Source: Gammaproteobacteria bacterium (GTDB taxonomy: Bacteria > Pseudomonadota > Gammaproteobacteria > Ga0077536). Taken from it: a stretch of DNA of 64,000 nucleotides. Location: NCBI GenBank assembly GCA_963662545.2, contig CAXXLL010000003.1, positions 1,504,001 through 1,568,000 of the forward strand, in the 5' to 3' direction. The notes beneath the pieces were generated by a model. The model saw nothing but the letters and a program-made list of their open reading frames with translations. It was not told where the DNA came from and searched no databases. Shown piece by piece: positions 21,517 to 30,008 of this stretch (the first letter of the stretch is position 1; each line of letters opens with the position of its first letter). The position numbers were made by a program, and so were the translations under genes.

Positions 21517-22939
21517 CATAGGTCGGATCTTATAAGCCGTTGAAAAGAGGGAACCAAAAGCGCTCCATCCGATCAGATCATGAAATCAACACCAATCGAC
21601 TTCGTGATCTGGGAGTATCGGATGAAGCACAGCGAAATTAGCACAGTGAGCCGGCAGTTAAAACGCACGCTAGGCGAGCGTACGCTCAACGACTTGGGGC
21701 GTGCAACGCGATTCTGTCGCCGAGAAAGGGAGGTCACGCCGTTCCGTTTAGCGGTAAGCCTAATCGAAAGCTTCGCCGGGCACTCAGCGAGCTGTATCGC
21801 TGATATTCAACGCGCTTTCAATGCGCTGTGCTCGACCACGGTGCGCTACAAACCGTTTCATAATCAGCTCGCCAAAAAACAGTTTCCGATGTTTATGCAA
21901 GCGCTGCTAAGCGAATTGCTCAATGGCCTGGCCTGCGATGTCCTCCGATTCGAACCCAACAGCCCATTTGCGCAGTTTGACCACATCCGCATCCAGGACG
22001 GCACCTCGTTTGCGTTAAAACCGGCGCTGAAGGACAGCTTTCCCGGTCGCTTCACGACCGTGAGTCCCGCCGCGGTAGAGCTCCATGCCGATCTCGACCT
22101 GCTCAGTGAGACCCTGAACGAGGTCGTACTCAGCCCTGACAGCTCAGCAGAGCGGCAGTTCTTGCCGGCCGTTGAAGAGGTCGCTGGTGGTTTGCTGCTG
22201 GCCGACCGTGGCTACTTCGCGCGGCCTTACTTTGAAGCGCTCGACACCGCCGGCGGCTATTTCATCGTGCGCGCGGGTCAAGGTATCAATCCGCTGATCG
22301 TTGCCGCTCGTCGCGCCGATGGGCGGCGGGTCAAACGCTTTGACAAGCAGCGATTGAAAGCGGTGGCATCGACCTTAAAGCGCTTCGATTGCCTCGACAT
22401 GGCCGTGCAATTCGACGGCGTGCAGGGACCCTGGACCTGTCGTTTAGTCGTGCACCCCAACCTTAAAAAAGGTGCAGCACCTCGTTATCTCATCACCAAT
22501 CTCGACGCCACCACCTTTACGCCCGAGCATATTAGCGACGCGTATCGATTACGCTGGCAGGTCGAGCTGCTATTCAAAGAGTGGAAGTCTTACGCCAATC
22601 TACACGCCTTTGATACCGCCAACCCGCACATCGCCGAAGGGCTTATCTGGGCCGCACTATGCGCCGCAACGCTGCAGCGCTATTGCGCTCATGTCACCGA
22701 GCGCTGGTTGAACGTCGCCATCTCGACTCATACCGCGGCCAAGTGCATTCATCACGTGCTCGGTCCCATTCTCCATACGCTTATCCATCGGCCCCGCTCT
22801 TTACACCGACCGCTCGAACACGCGTTGCGCTATTTGGCCAGCAACGCTCAGCGCGCAAAACCTGACCGCGATTGCATTTCGGGACGACTCAAGCTCGGCC
22901 TTCAGCATGTTCATGCGGCCGCTTAAGAACTAACCTATG
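21517..22939 (+). mobile_element. IS4-family insertion sequence
   Basis: IRs CATAGGTCGGATCTTA / TAAGAACTAACCTATG; 10-bp target duplication AACAGTAATT at 21507-21516 and 22940-22949. Confidence 0.93.
21622..22926 (+). CDS. IS4-family DDE transposase
   Basis: IQDGTSF, LADRGY and YRLRWQVELLFKEWK (YREK signature). The ORF is intact. Confidence 0.93.
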   Translation: MKHSEISTVSRQLKRTLGERTLNDLGRATRFCRREREVTPFRLAVSLIESFAGHSASCIADIQRAFNALCSTTVRYKPFHNQLAKKQFPMFMQALLSELLNGLACDVLRFEPNSPFAQFDHIRIQDGTSFALKPALKDSFPGRFTTVSPAAVELHADLDLLSETLNEVVLSPDSSAERQFLPAVEEVAGGLLLADRGYFARPYFEALDTAGGYFIVRAGQGINPLIVAARRADGRRVKRFDKQRLKAVASTLKRFDCLDMAVQFDGVQGPWTCRLVVHPNLKKGAAPRYLITNLDATTFTPEHISDAYRLRWQVELLFKEWKSYANLHAFDTANPHIAEGLIWAALCAATLQRYCAHVTERWLNVAISTHTAAKCIHHVLGPILHTLIHRPRSLHRPLEHALRYLASNAQRAKPDRDCISGRLKLGLQHVHAAA

Positions 22940-23151
22940 AACAGTAATTAGCGTGCATATTGCACGAAATCAAACCGGCATTCGCCTGTTTGAAACCGTG
23001 CAAAGTGCACAATATTACGCTCATTGGAAGTTCCAGAAGGATCCTGACACCGGACTTAACGCCCTGACCCGCCGAGGGAAATCGACACGGCGCTATCAAC
23101 ACCAGAGGAACACCGCGCGTCAATAGTATGCATTTCGCGATGCCATGCGAG

Positions 23152-23180
23152 TTGTCTTGCACGAGCTCCGTAAGTATGCT
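23152..23180 (+). promoter_or_regulatory. Candidate sigma-70 promoter of intI
   Basis: TTGTCT-N17-TATGCT, 38 nt before the GTG start. Confidence 0.4.
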
Positions 23181-23217
23181 CCTCGTGAGAACGCGATTTG
23201 ATGCAGGGAGGCATATC

Positions 23218-24210
23218 GTGAAAGCAGGACGCTCGCCTTTACTTGAATCCGTACGCTCAGCTATTCGGCTTCGTCACTACAGTATCCGTACGGAAGAGGC
23301 GTATGTCGGCTGGATTGTCCGCTACATCCACTTTCATCATGTCACACATCCCTCCGAATTGGGGCCCGATGCCGTCACGGCTTTTCTAACGTATCTCGCG
23401 GTCAAGCGCAATGTCGCGCCGAGCACCCAGAACCAGGCCTTGAACGCGCTCAATTTCCTTTATGCGCACGTACTCGATCGACCTTTGGGCGAACTCGATG
23501 GCCTTGTACGCGCGCGGCGCCCGCAACGCTTGCCAAGCGTGCTGAGCGAATCGGAGATTGGCCGCCTACTAGACCAAATGGAAGGGCAGCAGTGGCTAGT
23601 CGCATGCCTGCTCTACGGCTCTGGGTTGCGGTTGCTGGAATCGCTGCGTTTGCGGGTGAACGATATCGATTTCGAGCACAGGTGTCTCATCGTTCGAGAC
23701 GGTAAGGGCGCGAAGGACCGCGTCGTTACACTCGCTGACGAGCTGCTGGAGCCAATCAAGCGCCACCTCGGCGAACGTCGCACAATTTGGGAACGTGATT
23801 GCGCGAGGGGCGTGGCCGGAGTCTATCTTCCCTATGCGCTCGCCCGTAAATATCCGAATGCGGCGCAAGCCTGGGGCTGGCAATACGTATTCGTCTCGAA
23901 TGCGATCACTAAAGACCCACGCAGCGAGGCGCTCCGACGCCACCACTTGAACGAATCTGTCGTGCGCCGCGCCGTCTATCGCGCCGCGTTCAAGGCTGGC
24001 ATTGAGCGGCGCGTAAGCTGTCATACTTTAAGGCACTCGTTCGCTACTCATCTACTTGAACGTGGCGCCGACATCCGTACAGTGCAGGAACAGCTGGGGC
24101 ACAGCGATGTTAGGACTACGCAGATCTATACGCATGTAATCAAACGGGGCGGGTTTGCAGTTAAAAGTCCATTGGGAGCGATACTTGGGCGCAGCCAACA
24201 CAACGACTAA
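23218..24210 (+). CDS. intI: Integron integrase
   Basis: IRLRHYSIRTEEAY, LLYGSGLR, RDGKGAKDR, IntI patch VYLPYALARKYPNAAQAWGWQYVF...RRHHL, HTLRHSFATHLL, LGHSDVRTTQIYTH. GGAGG RBS before GTG 23218; divergent from an attC-bearing array. Confidence 0.96.
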   Translation: MKAGRSPLLESVRSAIRLRHYSIRTEEAYVGWIVRYIHFHHVTHPSELGPDAVTAFLTYLAVKRNVAPSTQNQALNALNFLYAHVLDRPLGELDGLVRARRPQRLPSVLSESEIGRLLDQMEGQQWLVACLLYGSGLRLLESLRLRVNDIDFEHRCLIVRDGKGAKDRVVTLADELLEPIKRHLGERRTIWERDCARGVAGVYLPYALARKYPNAAQAWGWQYVFVSNAITKDPRSEALRRHHLNESVVRRAVYRAAFKAGIERRVSCHTLRHSFATHLLERGADIRTVQEQLGHSDVRTTQIYTHVIKRGGFAVKSPLGAILGRSQHND

Positions 24211-24357
24211 GCATCGCCTTCGTGCGGAAAGCGATTCATTCCATATAAGTTAAGTGTTTAAGGGCAAACGGATCATGATTGTCTCTTAACGTTCCCAAAA
24301 AGTCTTGAAGGTCACTCGAGAGACCTCAAGGCCTAGATCGCGACGAGCCGAACCCTG

Positions 24358-26931
24358 CTAATTCAATTCAGCCGCGTCATGTAAACGCTGTATCAGGAGA
24401 TCCGTCTGCACCTGGTCGAGCTTGTGTCCTCGGCGGTCAGTTACAAAGAACACGTCGACCGCTTTTTCACCAAAGGTGCTGATGTTGGCGCCGCGCATGT
24501 CGATATCCGTTTCCGCGATCGCTGCGGCCAGTTTTGCGAGTAGGCCTCTGCGATCCGCCGCGACGACCTCTATGGCGGTAATGCTTTTCGCCGCTGCTTC
24601 GAGATGACGGACTTCCACAGGCAGGGCCCGCATCAGGACGTCGGGCTCGGCTGGATGCTTGACCTGGGGCGGCTCCGCGCCGGCCAAAACAGCTTCGATG
24701 CGCTGGCGCAACCGTTCGAGCTGATCCGGATCTCGTACCGGAACGTCAGCGGCGTCGGTTATATGGAATTCGTCGAGTATCCGCCCGTCGCGCAACGCAT
24801 AGGCATGCGCGGTCAACGCTTTGGTGTTGGCATTTGCGAGCGTTGCGGTCAATTGTGAAAACAGCTTCGGCCGGTCGACGCCCCAGGCCAGTACCTGCGT
24901 GTAGCCGAGCGGTTCATTCACGGCGAGATGGGCGCCGGATTCTTCCTTCAACATTCGGCACAGATCCAGCAGCAGTGCCGGCGGGAAATGCAGGGTCAAG
25001 GTGGCAGAGAGTACGGCGAATGTCTTCGCCACTTCGTCCCGTTCGCCTGGTTCGCACATCGCCAGCACGCTTTCCCTGCGCGAAGCGAGCCGGCTTTCCT
25101 TGTCCGATGGTGTAACCCGCCCCGTGCGAAGACAGGCTTCGGCCGAATGAAATAACTGGGTAAACAAATAGCCCTTCCATTCGGTCCACACGTCCGGCCC
25201 GACTGCAGTGACGTCCGCCACTGTCAAGAGAAACAGATAGACCAGGCGCTCACGGTCGCCGACGAAACGGGCGAAATCGGCGATGACCTCCGGATCTGAA
25301 AGATCGTAATGCTGCGCGGTCTTTGAAAGCGTTAAATGATAAAGCACGAGCCAGGCGACGAGTTCGATGTCGTCGTTCGAAAGGCCTAGACGTTGGCAGA
25401 ACTTGCGCGCGAGCTGGTCGCCAAGCTCCGAATGATCGCCCCCCCGGCCCTTGGCAATGTCGTGGTAGAGCAGCGCGAGATACAACAGTTCAGGGCGCTG
25501 TAATTCGGGCATCAACTTCGAGGCGAGCGGCATGTCGATGAATCGGCCTTCGCCCAGTCTGAAGTCGCGCAGAATATCGATCGCGCGGATCGTGTGCGCG
25601 TCCACTGTGTAGCTGTGATAACGATCGAACTGGCCGTGGCCGGTAATGCGTCCGAAATCCGGAACCAGGCGGCCCAGTACACCCGTCTCGTGCATCTGCC
25701 TGAGCGCTGTTGCAACGTTGCGCGGGGATCTCAAGATTTCAAGCAGTCCGTCGTTGGCCGCCTTGGATGCACGCACTGCTGCGTTTACCAGGCCGGCATG
25801 TTTGCGTATCGTGCGCAGCGCCCGGCTGTTTAGATAACGGTGCTCTTTCTGGGATTCGACGAATACGCGGATCAGATTAAGCGGTTCGGCGGAGAATGCC
25901 TGCGTATCGTGGATACTGATTTTGTCTTTCCGCACTTCCATTCCGCCGCCAAGATCTACCCTGCGGCCCAGTCGCCTCGGCGGACGAATTTGCTCTTCGA
26001 AATGCAGGAGGAAGATATCGGACAGATCGGCGATCCTGCGCACGGTGAGAAAGTAGTTTTTCAGGAATCTTTCTTCCGCGCTCGACTTCACGCTGTCGCG
26101 ATAACGAAAGCGGGACGCGAGTTCCTGCTGGTATTCGAACCGCAGGCGGTCATCTTCGCGACCGGCCAGCAGATGCAGACCGCTGCGCACGCGCCAGAGG
26201 AAGTCACGCCCGCGCACGAAGTCTTCGAACTCTTTCTCGTCGACCACGCCCTGGCCTATCAATTCGCGCGCCGTCGGTACGCCATACCAGGCCATCGACA
26301 GCCAGAAAATCGTGCTGACGTCGCGTAAGCCGCCTTTACCGCTCTTGATGTCCGGCTCCATGAGAAAGGCCGTATCACCAATAGACCGTCGCCGCGCGGA
26401 GCACTCTTCGAGCTTGAGTCTACAAAACGCAACTCGCTGCCGTTTGCTCCAGTGTTGTTGGGCGCAGCTTTTCTGTACCTGCCCCCACAACTTACCCACA
26501 CCCGAAATCAGGCGTGACTCGAGCAGCGCGGTGCGCGCGTGGTGATCGGTTTCCGCATGCTTGCGCGTCTCAACGGGCGTGCGGACCGCATGTCCGATAT
26601 GCGCGCCGCAGTCCCACAGCACCTGGAGGAAGCGCTGGATCGCCGCGTCGATCTCCGCACCTCTCGATTTGGGGACCAGGAATAGCAGATCCCAGTCGGA
26701 ATGGGGGCAAAGCTCCGAACGGCCGTAGCCGCCGACACCCACCAGGTCCACTTGATCACACGCGGGCCCGGCGATGTCCCGCCACAGATCAATTAGCAGC
26801 GCATCGACTTCGGTGCTGATGTACTTGACGATTGCGCGGCCGCCCTGATGCGCATCCAGGCGCCGTTGGGCACCCGCCATGATCTCCTGGCGGCTGAGCG
26901 TGGCGCGTTCTTTGAAATCTGGCTCGGGCAT
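24358..26931 (-). CDS. glnD: [Protein-PII] uridylyltransferase/uridylyl-removing enzyme
   Basis: GGYGRSELCPHSDWDL, EPDIKSGKGGLRD, QFDRYHSYTVDAH, HDIAKGRGGDHS, two ACT domains. Confidence 0.95.
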   Translation of the reverse strand: MPEPDFKERATLSRQEIMAGAQRRLDAHQGGRAIVKYISTEVDALLIDLWRDIAGPACDQVDLVGVGGYGRSELCPHSDWDLLFLVPKSRGAEIDAAIQRFLQVLWDCGAHIGHAVRTPVETRKHAETDHHARTALLESRLISGVGKLWGQVQKSCAQQHWSKRQRVAFCRLKLEECSARRRSIGDTAFLMEPDIKSGKGGLRDVSTIFWLSMAWYGVPTARELIGQGVVDEKEFEDFVRGRDFLWRVRSGLHLLAGREDDRLRFEYQQELASRFRYRDSVKSSAEERFLKNYFLTVRRIADLSDIFLLHFEEQIRPPRRLGRRVDLGGGMEVRKDKISIHDTQAFSAEPLNLIRVFVESQKEHRYLNSRALRTIRKHAGLVNAAVRASKAANDGLLEILRSPRNVATALRQMHETGVLGRLVPDFGRITGHGQFDRYHSYTVDAHTIRAIDILRDFRLGEGRFIDMPLASKLMPELQRPELLYLALLYHDIAKGRGGDHSELGDQLARKFCQRLGLSNDDIELVAWLVLYHLTLSKTAQHYDLSDPEVIADFARFVGDRERLVYLFLLTVADVTAVGPDVWTEWKGYLFTQLFHSAEACLRTGRVTPSDKESRLASRRESVLAMCEPGERDEVAKTFAVLSATLTLHFPPALLLDLCRMLKEESGAHLAVNEPLGYTQVLAWGVDRPKLFSQLTATLANANTKALTAHAYALRDGRILDEFHITDAADVPVRDPDQLERLRQRIEAVLAGAEPPQVKHPAEPDVLMRALPVEVRHLEAAAKSITAIEVVAADRRGLLAKLAAAIAETDIDMRGANISTFGEKAVDVFFVTDRRGHKLDQVQTDLLIQRLHDAAELN

Positions 26932-27172
26932 CTATCGCCCCTCCCGCGGGGTCTTGCTATTGAAGTATCGCATTGCGAGGCAGCCTCGAAGCTGATGCGC
27001 TTAAATCTTTATAATTCATGCGTTTATAGCCAAGCGGGGCATGAATGTCCCCATGTACACCTTGCGCATCTCCGGATGCAAGTAAGCTGATTGGGAAGGT
27101 ATTTCGGGATACGAATAGCCGACTGATTTTATCATGGACAGTCCCATGGCTTTACACCAATAGGTTGAAACG

Positions 27173-28192
27173 ATGACCGATGACCAATGGCTGGCCCAGG
27201 TACAAGAAGAGATCCTCGAGCCGGATCTCAAAATCTGCGATCCGCACCATCACTTGTGGGACTACCCGCACAACCGCTACCTGTTCGACGAACTCTTGGC
27301 CGACTTGAGATCCGGGCATAACGTGATGTCTACAGTGTTCATGGAGTGCGCCTCCATGTATCGCGCGGACGGACCCGATGTGATGAAGCCGGTGGGCGAG
27401 ACGGAGTTCGTGAACGGCGTTGCGGCGATGAGCGCGAGTGGAAATTACGGTGATCTCCGCGTGTGCTCATCGATCGTCGGCTTCGCCGATTTAACCCTGG
27501 GACCGGCGGTAGGGGAGGTACTGGACGCGCATCGGGCCGTAAGCCCGCGCTTTGTGGGGATCCGCCACGCGACCGGTTGGGATGCAAGCGGGGAGGTGCG
27601 TAACTCGCATACCAATCCGCGGGAGAATCTGCTGCTCGATAGGACATTCCGCGAAGGCTTCGCGGAGCTCGGCAAGCGCGGGCTGACTTTCGACGCGTGG
27701 CTCTACCACCCGCAGATCCCCGAGCTCACCGCGCTCGCTAGAGCGTTTCCCGACCAGCTTATCGTGTTGGATCATTTCGGCGGCCCCCTCGGTATCGGAC
27801 CCTACGCCGGTAAACGCGATGCGATCCTGGATTACTGGAAGGGGGCTGTTGCCGAACTCGCGCGATGCGAGAACGTCGTAGCGAAACTGGGAGGCTTGGC
27901 CATGCCGATCAACGGGTTCGGTTTTCATAAGGCCGAACGGCCGGCAACATCGGCACAGCTTGCGCAGGCGACCCGTGCGTATTATCTGCACATGATCGAT
28001 CAGTTCGGGCCGACGCGGTGTATGTTCGAGAGCAATTTTCCCGTCGATAAAGTGAGCTGTTCTTATGCAGTGCTGTGGAACTCTTTCAAGCACATCACCT
28101 CAGGATTCTCAGCGGACGAGAAAGCGGCCTTGTATCACGATACCGCGGCAAGGGTTTACCGTACCGAAAAATCGGTCGGCGCGGACGTTTAG
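27173..28192 (+). CDS. Amidohydrolase family protein (Amidohydro_2, lactonase-like)
   Basis: DPHHHLW, VLDHFGGP, MFESNFPVDK. Confidence 0.88.
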   Translation: MTDDQWLAQVQEEILEPDLKICDPHHHLWDYPHNRYLFDELLADLRSGHNVMSTVFMECASMYRADGPDVMKPVGETEFVNGVAAMSASGNYGDLRVCSSIVGFADLTLGPAVGEVLDAHRAVSPRFVGIRHATGWDASGEVRNSHTNPRENLLLDRTFREGFAELGKRGLTFDAWLYHPQIPELTALARAFPDQLIVLDHFGGPLGIGPYAGKRDAILDYWKGAVAELARCENVVAKLGGLAMPINGFGFHKAERPATSAQLAQATRAYYLHMIDQFGPTRCMFESNFPVDKVSCSYAVLWNSFKHITSGFSADEKAALYHDTAARVYRTEKSVGADV

Positions 28193-28225
28193 AGGGCAGA
28201 GGGTATTGTATTTCGTGGAAGTCGA

Positions 28226-28699
28226 TTAAAGACGCGGGTATACATCCCAAACCTGCAGTACGGCTCTATCGATCCAAACGGCACGTACGCCATTTAAGGC
28301 CAGTTTGGAATCAAGCTCGAGGTGGCTAAACATTTGCGGCCCCCCACTTTCTATCGGATCAGCCTCGGTCAGTACCAAGCCCTTGTAGCCGCGATAGAAA
28401 GAATAACCCGTATGCACCAGCTTGAGTTGCTTGCCATCCTGGCCCGTCAAGAAGGCGCTTACCGATCCCTCCGGTACGATCGTTTTGAATGCATCCGCTA
28501 CATCGGAATCGGTAATTCCGAGACCGTCGGTTTCACGCACGAACAGAATGAGCCGTGCACCGGAAGTACGCACCTCCAGCGATTTACGGAGTTCGACGGC
28601 GTGCCGTCCAACCTGTATGTCGAGCGGGGTTACGGGCAGGGCTTCCTTTCCACATGCGAGCGCACTTATCAATACGATGTTGGCCAGCAGATTCAGCAT
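28226..28699 (-). CDS. Hypothetical exported protein
   Basis: 157 aa with a hydrophobic N-terminus ending LAC; GAGG RBS; fills the intergenic gap. Confidence 0.6.
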   Translation of the reverse strand: MLNLLANIVLISALACGKEALPVTPLDIQVGRHAVELRKSLEVRTSGARLILFVRETDGLGITDSDVADAFKTIVPEGSVSAFLTGQDGKQLKLVHTGYSFYRGYKGLVLTEADPIESGGPQMFSHLELDSKLALNGVRAVWIDRAVLQVWDVYPRL

Positions 28700-29089
28700 G
28701 CGGATACCTCGAATAATTCGTTCTCGTGCCGACAGCAGATTTGACCCTGAAACCGGTGGTAGTTCAATGATTTCTCTTTACGCGGTAGTGATGGAGACGC
28801 GGCGGAGGATCACGGCGAGATAAGGTGTTTTATCGTTCCTGTGCTTTCACCGACGGTGACCTGCGCTTCGACATCGACTTCGGCAGATACCAGTTGCTCG
28901 GCTAGATCTATGATCGGATTTCGGGCATTGAGGACAGCGCGCTGCGTTTTTTCGGGAATACCTCAAACAATTTGTTTACTCTGGCGGGGTGTGGTCACAG
29001 TCTTGGTGCATGTGGATATGAAATCGGCAGTTCCGATTCAGGCCCGATACGTTTAGGATCCGCAATCATTCATAAAAAAGAGGAATGAT

Positions 29090-29887
29090 GTGTACATAAT
29101 TCGACGCGCTCCTGTAATCGGGATCGTGCTTTGTTTATCGACGTTCGGAGCAGTCGCCTTTGACACCGCGCGAATCGAGGATCCGGACGTTCGCGCTTGC
29201 GCAGATCGCGCATTGCCGGCGACCCAGGTACAGAAGGTACAAGTTGTCGGCACCAATGGTTACGTGCGCGAGTCGAAGCGCAAGGTCTACTGGAAACGTT
29301 CGCCGAATAATGATTCTCGTGTGCTCGTACGCGTGATGGAGCCACCTGACGAAAAAGGTATCGGAGTCCTGATCAATGATAATGCTGAAAAAAATGTCGT
29401 TACTTATATGACCTATTCACCCAAGATCAAGCGCGTTAGACGGGTCAGCGGTGAATCGTTTTTCGGCTCCATTCTCGGCACTGACTTTACATACGAAGAT
29501 TTTTCATACTTCTATCGCGTTGACGAACGCGAAGAAGTCGCTCGTGTAGAAGATTCCGACGTCGATGGCTATCCGGCCTACGTACTCGAGACGGTGAAGC
29601 CGGACGACAATTCACACTACAGTCTGCTTCGCTTCTACATCGATAAGGAGGTCTGCCTGCCCGTACAAACAGATTTCTTTGCACCCAACGGCGCCTTGCG
29701 CAAGCAGCTTATCGTCGAACGGAGCGAGATTCAGATGGTCGACGACCACTGGGTCCCGTTTCGAACGACGATGACCGACCTCAAGTTCAAGACTCACAGT
29801 GTCTTTATCGTTGAAGAAATTGAGATCGATCCGGAACTCGATGACGGTATATTCGAAACCTCTGAACTCTCGCGCGGGGGTAATTAG
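29090..29887 (+). CDS. LolA-like outer-membrane lipoprotein-sorting protein
   Basis: Signal peptide, PKIKRVRRVS, GTDFTYEDF; directly upstream of an MMPL gene. Confidence 0.85.
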   Translation: MYIIRRAPVIGIVLCLSTFGAVAFDTARIEDPDVRACADRALPATQVQKVQVVGTNGYVRESKRKVYWKRSPNNDSRVLVRVMEPPDEKGIGVLINDNAEKNVVTYMTYSPKIKRVRRVSGESFFGSILGTDFTYEDFSYFYRVDEREEVARVEDSDVDGYPAYVLETVKPDDNSHYSLLRFYIDKEVCLPVQTDFFAPNGALRKQLIVERSEIQMVDDHWVPFRTTMTDLKFKTHSVFIVEEIEIDPELDDGIFETSELSRGGN

Positions 29888-29912
29888 GGAACCTCTCAAA
29901 AAGTCATGGTGC
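29888..29912 (+). repeat. Solo terminus of MITE family A
   Basis: TTAG|GGAACCTCTCAAAAAGTCATGGTGC matches the ends of the copies at 42128, 51008 and 63751. Confidence 0.75.
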
Positions 29913-30008
29913 ATGAGAATGCGGCTTGGACCGCGATGTCAAAGTGTAACGCTACGATAACCTAGCACCTATAGTTCTATTTTCTGAAAAGGCGTTGGCG
30001 CCCCATTC

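Larger units (their letters stand above)
21503..22956 (-). other. attI site split by the IS4 insertion
   Basis: The empty site reconstructs to GCACGCTAATTACT-G|TTAGGT on the minus strand: a GTTRRRY core upstream of intI and directly before cassette 1. Confidence 0.8.

Noticed and set aside
22935-23162. 75-aa minus-strand ORF in the attI-intI spacer
   Set aside because: No motifs, crosses the IS target duplication, and occupies the expected regulatory region.
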